Translations under genes and position numbers: made by a program
Source: Actinomycetes bacterium
GTDB taxonomy: Bacteria; Actinomycetota; Actinomycetes; Actinomycetales; Micrococcaceae
Length of the DNA stretch: 64,000 bases
NCBI GenBank assembly: GCA_023426375.1
Contig: JAFAAV010000051.1
Location: forward strand, 21,465-85,464
Reading direction: 5' to 3'
Shown here: piece after piece, positions 27,103 to 36,077 of the stretch
Layout: each line of letters opens with the position of its first letter
Numbering within the stretch: position 1 is the first letter of the stretch
Notes under the pieces: model-generated
The model's input: only the letters and a program-made list of their open reading frames with translations
Database searches by the model: none
What the model was told of the DNA's origin: nothing

Positions 27103-27472
27103 TTCATAACGCTACTCGGCGCTTCGGCGTTTGGATGTCTCACTTGATCCTTCCGATACCAAAGTTCATGCCACCGATACCTCGGTATTTCGAGCCGACA
27201 ACAAGCGTTGGAAGTTGAAATAATCAAGCCCGAAGAACGATCCGGAGCAAATAGTCTGACCCATAAATTGGGATCACGAATACTACCCTTGGAACACTTG
27301 GAACATTGTCATATTAATGGGAATCAGCGGCTCCGTTGATAACCCATGGTGTCAGCCCAACCAGGGCTGGACCCTCAATGTTCTCAAGAGAGAGAAACCT
27401 TCGGCCAGGTCGAGTGTCTCTCGAACCACGCCCTGTTTGCCAACCTCGCGGTCGCGGCATTCAGCGTGATGA

Positions 27473-27952
27473 TCATCGTGTTCGGTGGGTGACCGTCCCG
27501 AGTCCCCACGCTATGAGTCCGGACATCGCGCCCACGATCACTCCGGTCAAGAGGCTGGATAAAGCAGCAAAGAGACGCACGATGATTGACTGCACACCGA
27601 GATCGAGGTCCGTCAGATTGCCACCGAGTTGAGGAGGATTCTCACCGAAGCTGACATTCCAGAGCAACTGGTGGCCTATCGCAAGAAACACTCCATAAAT
27701 GGCACCAACCACCAACAAAGTGAGGAATGGGTTGGGCACGCGCTTCCACAGTGCGACAACGATCCAAATCAGCGGTGGGAGGAATACGAAAAGTGCATTG
27801 AGAAATGTTCCCTCGGAGATCAAACCCAAGTCATGGAGCACGACCCGCGGAGCCGCGAGTAGAGCGAGGCCAATAATTGCCATGTATGGCAGACCGAGGA
27901 CACTTCGGCGGGAATGAGACGGACGTTGTTGTGAAGAATGAGTGTGTGTCAT
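27473..27952 (-). CDS. Hypothetical 4-TM membrane protein
   Basis: 159 aa with four hydrophobic helices. Divergent from the downstream two-component system. Confidence 0.55.
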   Translation of the reverse strand: MTHTHSSQQRPSHSRRSVLGLPYMAIIGLALLAAPRVVLHDLGLISEGTFLNALFVFLPPLIWIVVALWKRVPNPFLTLLVVGAIYGVFLAIGHQLLWNVSFGENPPQLGGNLTDLDLGVQSIIVRLFAALSSLLTGVIVGAMSGLIAWGLGTVTHRTR

Positions 27953-28086
27953 GCATTCGACCGTAGGGAAAGCCTCCCGACTGGCGCGTCCGTCCCTGAG
28001 CCCGACTTGACTACGTCAGCAGGCGACGTCGACCGTCGCGTCGTGACGACTATCAGGCTTTGCTCCCCCGGCCTAGGCTGGGGTGT

Positions 28087-29259
28087 ATGAAAGTGGAGAG
28101 CACCATCAGACCGGACCGGCGAGTACCGCCGAGCTGGATGATTGATGGTCTCCTGGGGTTAGCGGTTGCTCTCACAATGGCAGCGGTGATCAGCGCCAAT
28201 CATGGTGGTCGCACCAACCCGGATGCGTTGTCCTATTTATGGGCTACAGGGCTGGGTGCATTGATGCTGGTCCGGCGCCGGTATCCCGTTCTGGTGCTAG
28301 CCATTACGGTGTTGGGGCTCTTCGCGTACTACGCGGCAGGCTACCCCGCAGTTGGGGTCGCAGTACCGATTGCCGCGGCTCTCTACTCGGCCGCTGAACT
28401 CGGACGGGTGGCCTGGGCAATCGGTGCCGGCATACTCGCCCTGGCGACCAGCGTTTTCTTTCGGCTTGCCGAAGGCCAGGAAGTGTCACTCGTCATCGGT
28501 TACGAGTTTGCCGGTCATGCGTTCCTGATGGCGGGTGCGGTGGCATTGGGGGACAGTAATCGTTCTCGCCGTGCGCTGGTGGCACGGGCACGTGAGGTCG
28601 TCGCACTAACTTCGGAGCGCGCCCGGCGCGAATCGGATGCGAAAACACAAGCGCAGCACCTCGCCATCGCACGCGACCTCCACGATTCCATTGGACATTC
28701 GACGTCCGTGGTCTCTCTACACGCGGACGTCGCTCGAGAGGCCATCGCGCGTGACGACAGCGTTTCCGCTACAGAGGCCCTACAACTGATCAAGGACACC
28801 ACGGCTTCAACCATGCTCGAGTTGCGCCGTACCGTTGCCGTGCTGCGCACGCCTGATCTGCCAGCGCGAGACCCGGCGAGCCTTTCCGACGTACGAGGCC
28901 TGATTGGTCTGGTCTCCGGAGTGGAAATTTCAACGGACATCCACATTCCTGTGGACCTGCCCGGAGATGTGGATATCGCCGCATTTCGGATCATCCAAGA
29001 ATCACTGACCAATATCGTGAAACATTCCTCTGCCACGAAAGCCCACATCAGGACTTCCCATCGGGGCGACTGGTTCTGGGTATCCATCACTGACAACGGC
29101 GGCCGCAAAAAATCCGGTGTGAGCACCGCGGCAACTACCGGGCACGGCCTCGAGGGCATGCTTGAACGAGCTACGGCAGTGGGTGGCACCGTAGAGGCCG
29201 GGTCAGTAAGGGACGGGTTCGCTATCCATGCCAAGCTCCCCCTCGACGGGCGATCATGA
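28087..29259 (+). CDS. Sensor histidine kinase (HisKA_3 type)
   Basis: TM-rich N-terminus, H-box LAIARDLHDSIGHSTSVV, HATPase_c (IQESLTNIVKHS…DNGG…GHGLEGMLERA). Start ATG 28087. Confidence 0.85.
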   Translation: MKVESTIRPDRRVPPSWMIDGLLGLAVALTMAAVISANHGGRTNPDALSYLWATGLGALMLVRRRYPVLVLAITVLGLFAYYAAGYPAVGVAVPIAAALYSAAELGRVAWAIGAGILALATSVFFRLAEGQEVSLVIGYEFAGHAFLMAGAVALGDSNRSRRALVARAREVVALTSERARRESDAKTQAQHLAIARDLHDSIGHSTSVVSLHADVAREAIARDDSVSATEALQLIKDTTASTMLELRRTVAVLRTPDLPARDPASLSDVRGLIGLVSGVEISTDIHIPVDLPGDVDIAAFRIIQESLTNIVKHSSATKAHIRTSHRGDWFWVSITDNGGRKKSGVSTAATTGHGLEGMLERATAVGGTVEAGSVRDGFAIHAKLPLDGRS

Positions 29260-29912
29260 CTCGAGTTCTGCTGGTTGACGATCAAGATCTCGTTCGCGCA
29301 GGACTACGCGCCCTACTCAGCAACGATCCCGACCTGAGCATCATCGGAGAGGCCACATCCGGGGACGAGGCAGTGGCCATGACGCGTCAGCACAATCCGG
29401 ATGTTGTGCTCATGGATATTCGCATGCCCGTTATGAATGGCGTCGAAGCTACACGACAGATTCGAGCTGACCCTGATCTGATAAGCACACGGATCCTCAT
29501 CCTGACTACTTTCGATGATGAGGACGAGATTCTGGAAGCTATCCGTTTCGGCGCAGCTGGCTACCTCCTCAAAGACACCCCATCGGGCGAACTCCGCGCC
29601 GCGGTTCATGCTGTTGCAGACGGGGACAACAGCCTCTCGCCAAGCATTGCTCGTCGCGTGATGGATCACATTGCCAAGACGCCCCGACCAATGATCCACA
29701 ATCAGCGGCTTGATAAATTAACCGACCGAGAACTCGCGGTGCTGCAACGCATAGCCCATGGTGAGAATAATACGGAAATCGCGGAGGTGCTTTTCATCAG
29801 TCCGGCCACGGCTCGCACCTACGTCAGCAGAATTCTCACCAAACTCCAGGCCCGCGACCGAACAGAACTTGCCATCATTGCCCACCGCTCAGGTCTCTAC
29901 AGCGAAGAGTGA
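29256..29912 (+). CDS. Response regulator, NarL/LuxR family
   Basis: VLLVDDQDLVR…DVVLMDIRMPVMNG…GAAGYLLK plus LuxR HTH (LTDRELAVLQRIAHGENNTEIAEVLFISPATARTYV). ATGA overlap with the kinase. Confidence 0.9.
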   Translation: MTRVLLVDDQDLVRAGLRALLSNDPDLSIIGEATSGDEAVAMTRQHNPDVVLMDIRMPVMNGVEATRQIRADPDLISTRILILTTFDDEDEILEAIRFGAAGYLLKDTPSGELRAAVHAVADGDNSLSPSIARRVMDHIAKTPRPMIHNQRLDKLTDRELAVLQRIAHGENNTEIAEVLFISPATARTYVSRILTKLQARDRTELAIIAHRSGLYSEE

Positions 29913-29997
29913 AACAACACGTACGGCTAGGGGCCGAGACCAGTTGCGACTGGCAAGTGGCCGGCTCAGCATGGTCAGCCCAAGAAAGGACCGCAGC

Positions 29998-31101
29998 ATG
30001 GTTTCCACATCTCGCCTCACCGCAGTCACCACCCTGACCTTCGCGCTGTTCCTCCTGACGTCCTGCACCACCGGCAACGATCAGCCCGGTGAGCCGGCCA
30101 GCAACGAAACGACCGCGGCGTCGTCGTCGTTGGGCGAACCCGAGGTGATCAGCGAGGGGCTGGAGGCCCCGTGGTCCATCTCGTTCCATGACGACACTCC
30201 CCTGATCAGCGAGCGTGACTCCGCCAGGATCGTCGAACTCGACGACGCCGGTCAGGCTCGCGAGGTCGCCACCGTCGACGGCGTGGCGCCGCGAGGTGAG
30301 GGCGGCCTGCTGGGTCTGGCGGTCAAGGACGACTATCTGTATGCCTATTTCACAGCCGAGGACGCCAACCGGATCGAACGATTCCCCATCACGGGTAACT
30401 CTGGCAACCTGTCGCTCGACGAGCCTGAGGTCGTACTGGACGGAATCCCCGCGGGCAGCACCCACAACGGCGGGCGGATTGCATTCGGGCCGGATGGTTT
30501 GTTGTATGCCACCGCCGGAGATTCCGGTAACCGCGAGGACGCCCAGGACAGAGAATCGCTATCGGGAAAGATCCTGCGGATGACCCCGGAAGGTGACGTT
30601 CCGGAGAGCAACCCCTTCCCCGATTCCCTGGTCTACAGCTATGGGCACCGCAATCCGCAAGGGCTGGCGTGGGCGGAGGATGGCACGTTGTACGCGAGTG
30701 AATTCGGGCAGAACACGTGGGACGAGCTGAACGTCATCGAGCCCGGCGGCAATTACGGCTGGCCCGAGGTCGAAGGCATGGGAGACCGCGATGAGTTCAT
30801 CAACCCCGTACAGCAATGGGAACCGAGCGAGGCTAGCCCCAGTGGTATCGCCGTCCGTGATGACACGTTGTTCATGGCCAACTTGCGCGGCGCTCGGCTG
30901 CACGAGATTCCGCTGAGCAATCACGCCGAATCGGTGGAGCATTTCACCGACGACTACGGGCGGCTGCGAGATGTCACCGTAGCCCCGGACGGTTCCCTGT
31001 GGGTGATGACCAACAACACCGATGGCCGCGGTGACCCATCACCGGAGGATGATCGGATCCTGCGGTTCGCCCCGACCAATAGCTCCTCGCCGAGCAACTA
31101 A
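29998..31101 (+). CDS. PQQ-dependent sugar dehydrogenase (YliI/sorbosone dehydrogenase-like) lipoprotein
   Basis: Lipobox LLTSC after a signal helix. Beta-propeller motifs (…HNGGRIAFGPDGLLY…SYGHRNPQGLAW…EFGQNTWDELN…GGNYGWP). Start ATG 29998 follows AAAGGA. Confidence 0.75.
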   Translation: MVSTSRLTAVTTLTFALFLLTSCTTGNDQPGEPASNETTAASSSLGEPEVISEGLEAPWSISFHDDTPLISERDSARIVELDDAGQAREVATVDGVAPRGEGGLLGLAVKDDYLYAYFTAEDANRIERFPITGNSGNLSLDEPEVVLDGIPAGSTHNGGRIAFGPDGLLYATAGDSGNREDAQDRESLSGKILRMTPEGDVPESNPFPDSLVYSYGHRNPQGLAWAEDGTLYASEFGQNTWDELNVIEPGGNYGWPEVEGMGDRDEFINPVQQWEPSEASPSGIAVRDDTLFMANLRGARLHEIPLSNHAESVEHFTDDYGRLRDVTVAPDGSLWVMTNNTDGRGDPSPEDDRILRFAPTNSSSPSN

Positions 31102-31225
31102 TCGAGGGAATCACCAGGTCACCTGCGCCCCGAAGCTGGGCGCTTGAAGCGGATTCCACACAGGCATACGTCGAGCATGGCATCCACACCGTTTTCTGGG
31201 CCGATCAGACAGTTACGGTGGACGC

Positions 31226-31849
31226 ATGAAAATCCTCGTGACCGGGTTCGAACCCTTCGGCCAAGACACGAAAAACGCCAGCGGCATGGCGGTCGAGCGA
31301 TTGCGCAAGCTCGATTGGGGTCCAGGAATCGATGTCGTCACTGCGATCCTCCCCGTCACCTGGGCTGGCTCGGTGCCCACACTCCTGGAGGCCATCGAAA
31401 CCCACCGGCCGCACGCCGTCGTCGCCCTGGGCGAGGCCGGCAGCCGCGCCGTCGTCACACCCGAGCGACGCGCCAGGAACCTCGGTCACGGCAGGATTCC
31501 CGACAACGACGACGCCGCCCGGTCGCCTGCGCCCCTCGACGAGGGTCCCGAATGGCTCAACTCCCGCATTGACCCCGACTTGCTGGTCGAGGCGATCCGA
31601 TCGGTGAACGTCCCGGTGGAGACCTCTGATGACGCGGGTGCGTTCCTCTGCAATGCCGTCTACCGTGCTCTGTTAAGTGAGACCGATCTGCCCGGAACCT
31701 TCGTTCATGTCCCCGCGGTCCGAACACAAGGAACCGCCACGGTGGGCCGAGAAACTGACCCGAGCGTGGCGGTGTCCTTATCGCAACTATCGATTGAACA
31801 ACTGGTCGACGCGGTTGCCGCGTGCGTTCGGCAGATCGCGCGTCACTGA
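31226..31849 (+). CDS. pcp: Pyroglutamyl-peptidase I
   Basis: MKILVTGFEPFG… N-terminus, catalytic Cys context DDAGAFLCNAVYY-like, late His (FVHVP). Confidence 0.85.
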   Translation: MKILVTGFEPFGQDTKNASGMAVERLRKLDWGPGIDVVTAILPVTWAGSVPTLLEAIETHRPHAVVALGEAGSRAVVTPERRARNLGHGRIPDNDDAARSPAPLDEGPEWLNSRIDPDLLVEAIRSVNVPVETSDDAGAFLCNAVYRALLSETDLPGTFVHVPAVRTQGTATVGRETDPSVAVSLSQLSIEQLVDAVAACVRQIARH

Positions 31850-32607
31850 CTGATCTTCCTCTTGTAAATCACCACCGCACCGATAATCGCGGCAACCAGG
31901 ATGCCGAGGCACCAGGCCACGGAAACCCAGATATCGTTTCCCACGGGCTGTTGAGCGAAAAGGTCGCGGATCGTATTGACGATGGAGGTGACCGGCTGGT
32001 TCTCGGCGAAGACTCGCACCGGCCCGGGCATGCTGCCTGTGGGAACGAAAGCAGAGCTGACGAACGGCAGGAAGATCAGCGGGTAGGAGAACGCGCTGGC
32101 ACCGTCCACGGTCTTCGCCGTGAGGCCTGCGATGACGGCCACCCACGTCAAAGCGAGAGTGAACAGCGCGAGTATCCCGGCAATCCCGAGCCAGGCCAAT
32201 ACCCCGGCTCCCGAACGGAAGCCCATGAGCAGGGCCACGCCCACAACGATCGCCACGGAGATCATGTTGGCGGCCAACGATGTCAGCACATGCGCCCAGA
32301 GGATTCCTGACCGCGCAATCGGCATCGACTGGAACCGTTCGAAGATTCCGTTCTGGGAGTCCATGAACAATCGATACGCGGTGTACGAGATGCCGGAGGC
32401 CACCGTGATCAGAAGGATGCCGGGAAGCATGTAGTTCACGTCGCTCTGCGACCCGGTGTCGATGGCGCCGCCCAGAATGAAGACGAACAACATCATGATG
32501 GCGATGGGCATGATCGCGGTGGTGATGATCGTGTCGATGCTTCGGGTCACGTGACGCATGGTCCGCACGGTGAGCACCGCAGTGTCACTGAAGAAATGCG
32601 TGGTCAT
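31843..32607 (-). CDS. ABC-2 type transporter permease (DrrB-like)
   Basis: 254 aa with six TM helices. ATGA overlap with the ATPase gene upstream. Confidence 0.8.
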   Translation of the reverse strand: MTTHFFSDTAVLTVRTMRHVTRSIDTIITTAIMPIAIMMLFVFILGGAIDTGSQSDVNYMLPGILLITVASGISYTAYRLFMDSQNGIFERFQSMPIARSGILWAHVLTSLAANMISVAIVVGVALLMGFRSGAGVLAWLGIAGILALFTLALTWVAVIAGLTAKTVDGASAFSYPLIFLPFVSSAFVPTGSMPGPVRVFAENQPVTSIVNTIRDLFAQQPVGNDIWVSVAWCLGILVAAIIGAVVIYKRKISQ

Positions 32608-33389
32608 AGCGAAGCCTTCTTCTCATGGTGAGTGCCACCGACGAGAGCGAGAAAGATGTCCTCGAGTGACGGTTGTTTTTCCACGTATTCGACTGTGGGC
32701 GCGGGCAGCAGAGATTTGAGTTCCGCGAGCGTTCCGTTCACAAGTATCCGGCCCTCGTGGAGAATCGCGATCTGATCGGCGAGCTGCTCGGCTTCGTCCA
32801 GGTACTGCGTGGTGAGTAGCACCGTAGTGCCCTGGTGGGCGAGCGCTTTTACCGCGTCCCACACCTCGATGCGGGCCTCGGGATCAAGCCCGGTGGTTGG
32901 TTCGTCCAGGAAGATCACCGGCGGATTGCCGATGAGACTCATGGCAATATCCAGCCGACGCCGCATACCGCCCGAGTAGGTCCCCGCCCTTCGTGAGGCG
33001 GCCTCATCCAGTGAGAAACGATTGAGCAGCTCATCAGCTATGGCACCCGGGTTGGCGAGATGACGCAACGTGGCCACTAGAACCAGGTTCTCGCGTCCCG
33101 TAAGGATCTCGTCCACCGCGGCGAATTGACCGGTGAGACTGAACGACTCGCGAACCTCCGCCGCCTCCGTAGCGACGTCGAACCCGTTCACGCTCACGGT
33201 TCCTGCGTCCTTTTTGAGCAGAGTCGCGAGGATCTTGACGATTGTGGTCTTGCCAGACCCATTGGAACCTAACAGGGCAAGGATGCTGCCTTGCGCCACG
33301 TCCAGGTCCACCCCGCGCAGCACCTCAAGTTTCTTGTAGGACTTCTCCAGTCCTCGAATGCGGATGGCCGGGACCGTCTGGGCGGGCAT
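32604..33389 (-). CDS. ABC transporter ATP-binding protein (DrrA-like)
   Basis: Walker A GSNGSGKTT, signature YSGGMRRRLDIA, Walker B VIFLDEPTTGLD. Confidence 0.9.
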   Translation of the reverse strand: MPAQTVPAIRIRGLEKSYKKLEVLRGVDLDVAQGSILALLGSNGSGKTTIVKILATLLKKDAGTVSVNGFDVATEAAEVRESFSLTGQFAAVDEILTGRENLVLVATLRHLANPGAIADELLNRFSLDEAASRRAGTYSGGMRRRLDIAMSLIGNPPVIFLDEPTTGLDPEARIEVWDAVKALAHQGTTVLLTTQYLDEAEQLADQIAILHEGRILVNGTLAELKSLLPAPTVEYVEKQPSLEDIFLALVGGTHHEKKASL

Positions 33390-33778
33390 CAGTCGGCCCT
33401 GCCCTCTGGTTCGTGACTGTCCCCGGTTGCTTGCTCAATGGCGGCGACCAGACGACTGCGTTCCTTCTGGATCCATTGGCCCTCCGAGTAGTTCTGGAGG
33501 AATGTCTCCGCGAATTCCACGGGGTCCTCTCCGACCACTTCACGCACGGGCGTACCGTCCGTTGCGCTCTGCTCGAACAGAACGAGCAGGTCATCCAGCA
33601 TGCGCAGCATGATGTTCCCGTCCGAGATCGCGCCGAAGTACATCAGGTACCTCTCCAACGCGTTGATAGCTGTTCGGTAATTGGCCGGGAGCTTCTGCTT
33701 CCGGTTCTTGTAGTTGCGGTAGCGCTTCTTGTCTTCGAGCGCTCCTGTTACTTTTTCGAGCCACTGCTGAGTCCTCAT
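33389..33778 (-). CDS. DUF1048 domain protein
   Basis: …KKRYRNYKNRKQKLPANYRTAINALERYLMY… typical of DUF1048 proteins that follow PadR regulators. 1-nt overlap with the ATPase start. Confidence 0.65.
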   Translation of the reverse strand: MRTQQWLEKVTGALEDKKRYRNYKNRKQKLPANYRTAINALERYLMYFGAISDGNIMLRMLDDLLVLFEQSATDGTPVREVVGEDPVEFAETFLQNYSEGQWIQKERSRLVAAIEQATGDSHEPEGRAD

Positions 33779-34110
33779 GACTGCCTGTCTCTTTCGCGGA
33801 GCTTGTCCAAACGTTCAGAGAGGAAGCTCCACGTCCTCCAGAACTCGTTCAGTTGTTCTCGCCCTTGGGCGTTGAGCGAGAAAACTTTTCGCGGCGGACC
33901 CTTCTCGGAGGGAACTTTCTCCACATCCACGAAGCCTCGCTGCTCGATCCTGACCAGCAATGCGTACACGGTGCCCTCAGCGATCTCAGCGAATCCTTGC
34001 TCCCGGAGCCACGCGGTGATCTCGTAGCCGTAGGCGGGACGTTCGGACAGAATCGCCAGGACGATGCCTTCGAGCGTGCCTTTCAGCATCTCGGTCGTTT
34101 GCTTGCCCAT
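33775..34110 (-). CDS. PadR family transcriptional regulator
   Basis: LKGTLEGIVLAILSERPAYGYEITAWLREQGF…EGTVYALLVRIEQRGFV winged-HTH. ATGA overlap with the DUF1048 gene. Confidence 0.9.
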   Translation of the reverse strand: MGKQTTEMLKGTLEGIVLAILSERPAYGYEITAWLREQGFAEIAEGTVYALLVRIEQRGFVDVEKVPSEKGPPRKVFSLNAQGREQLNEFWRTWSFLSERLDKLRERDRQS

Positions 34111-34124
34111 GCCACCTCACTACC

Positions 34125-34159
34125 TAGTGTCACTGATTACCACTACATAGTAACACTGA
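34125..34159. promoter_or_regulatory. Candidate PadR operator (two TAGTnnCACTGA boxes)
   Basis: tagtgtcactga (34125-34136) and tagtaacactga (34148-34159) lie 15-50 nt upstream of the padR start. Each half is quasi-palindromic (AGTG-n-CACT). Confidence 0.35.
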
Positions 34160-34268
34160 ATAGCTGAGGTGAACCGGCCTACCCAGAAGCAATCTTTGAG
34201 GGCCCCAAAGGGCCGCCCCAGTGTGAAGTAGAAAACGACGGCACTACAGACAGAGGTTCAGAAACACC

Positions 34269-35586
34269 TCAGACGGGCGGGCCTTTCGAGCCCTGCGGCA
34301 CGTAGTCCTTCTTCCGGGATGAGATCAGGGCGTTGATCCACCGAGCGTTCGGATCCGCATCGACCAGGAGGGCCTTGAGGAACAGCGTGGCCGGCAGCGC
34401 CACGAGCGCGCCGAGCCAGCCCAGAATCATGTACCAGAACATCAGTGACAAGAAGGACATGGTGGGTGTAACCCCCACGGACTCGCCGGTGAACTTGGGC
34501 TGGATCACGGACTGCACGGTGAAGTTCAGCACGCTGTAGGCGGCGACCACCGCGAGCATCGCAACCCAACCGTCGTCGAGCAGGGCCAGGATGGCCGGTG
34601 GAATCATGCCGAGCACCAGACCGATATTCGGGATGTAGTTGGTGATGAACGCCAGAATTCCCCACACCCAGATCAACTGCACACCAATGACCTGGAGCGC
34701 CAGCACGTCCAAGAACGCGGCGATCAGACCGAAGACCGTGGTCACCACCCAATAGCGGCGCACCCCCCTGGGCGAAATCAACCATGGCTCCGGCAATGTG
34801 CGGTCGGTCCTCGGCCAGGCGGGTCAACCTGCGTCCTGTGGTGGCCGAGTCCATACTCAGGAAGAACACCCCCATGACCAGCGTGGCCAACAATCCCATA
34901 ATCGCGGAAACGTTGCTCAGGATGGGCGTCACCAAGCTCATGATGTTGCCGGCGGTCACGCCTTGGAGGCTGGACTCGACCATTTCCGTGGAGATTCCAA
35001 GGGCCGCCAAACCGGTGATCGACTCATCGACTAATCGCGCGAACTCGTCCTGGTAATGAGGTAGTTCGCTCACCAACTCAGCTACGGACCACACGCCCAT
35101 TGCGACAAACAGGGCGAGCACGCCGAGCACCACGGTCAGCGCCAATGCGGCCGCCGCATAGCGTGGCATCCGTTTCGACATCCATCGCTGCAGCGGGTAC
35201 ACCACGATCAACAGGTTCAAGCCGAGAAAGATCGGCGCCACGATGTCCTGAGCACCCTGCAGACCTGCCAACAGAATCAGCAGACCCGCAACACCAACGG
35301 TGATCGCGAGGAACCGAGGCACGTGTACTGAATTCACGGGGGCGTTGACGGGCGCAGGTTGCTCGCCAGGTGGCTGCAGCTGCGATGGGTCCTCTTGTTC
35401 CGCTCGGAGCACTTCCTGGGTCGACAGGCCCTGTGCCTCGACACCATCCTCCGGGCAGGAGTTTTCGACGCCGCCAGCAGGCTCGCCTACTTCCCCGGGC
35501 TCACCTTCTTCTCGGTCACCCTCCGGCGAGGTTGCGGTTTCTTCGGATGGTCGATGACTCATCGAGCCCATGCAGCAAACCCTCAC
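34269..35586 (-). pseudogene. AI-2E (PerM/UPF0118) family transporter, +1 frameshift
   Basis: The N-terminal ORF (…HIAGAMVDFAQG) and the C-terminal ORF (VRRYWVVTTVFGLIAAFLDVLALQVIGVQLIWVWGILAFITNYIPNIGLVLG…) are in different frames. They join if one G of the G6 run (C6 on + strand, 34763-34768) is removed. Span is 3n+1 nt. Confidence 0.75.
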
Positions 35587-36077
35587 TCATCCACGTGTCG
35601 CTAATCTGCTGCAGTCTAGGAAGCAAGGGCATCGCCCAGGTGAACTCGGGACGTCCCAGGGAACAACTCGGCACCCACGAGCGACACCCGGGTGACATAC
35701 GGCAGCCGCACCACACCCTGTTGGGGGAGGCCTCGTCAACCTGTGAGCAGGCTCATAAATGCCCCACGTCGTGTCTACTGGCCAGTAATTTCTCTGATGA
35801 CCTGTAAGAACGGAAATACTCCCCAGATGTCACCCTGACCTTAATCAAATCGTTAGGTATTCCGATTGCAAATGCTTGATTAAGGCAGTTACGTTTAAGG
35901 CACAAATGAACCAGCAGGGGGATGCTGGAGATCCACCTCGCGCGACAGCATGACGCGCATCCCGTACGGTCGGGGGACCAGATCGGGAAACTTCATGACA
36001 CTAGGCTGCCACGTTTTCAAGCGGGCAGTTTTGCTTCTCCCTGCGTTACATGGTTCTTACTTGGGGGAGCTTTCTCG

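Noticed and set aside
27336-27632. 98-aa plus-strand ORF in the AT-rich gap
   Set aside because: It overlaps the 3' end of the minus-strand membrane protein gene. It has an Arg/Pro-rich composition and no motif.
31125-31143. Short hairpin gcgccc-cgaagct-gggcgc after the PQQ dehydrogenase gene as a terminator
   Set aside because: It has only a 6-bp stem and no U-tract, which is too weak to call.
35587-36077. Lysine (L-box) or other riboswitch upstream of the Pls-like gene
   Set aside because: I could not find the conserved L-box core elements by eye. An Infernal/Rfam scan is needed before any claim.
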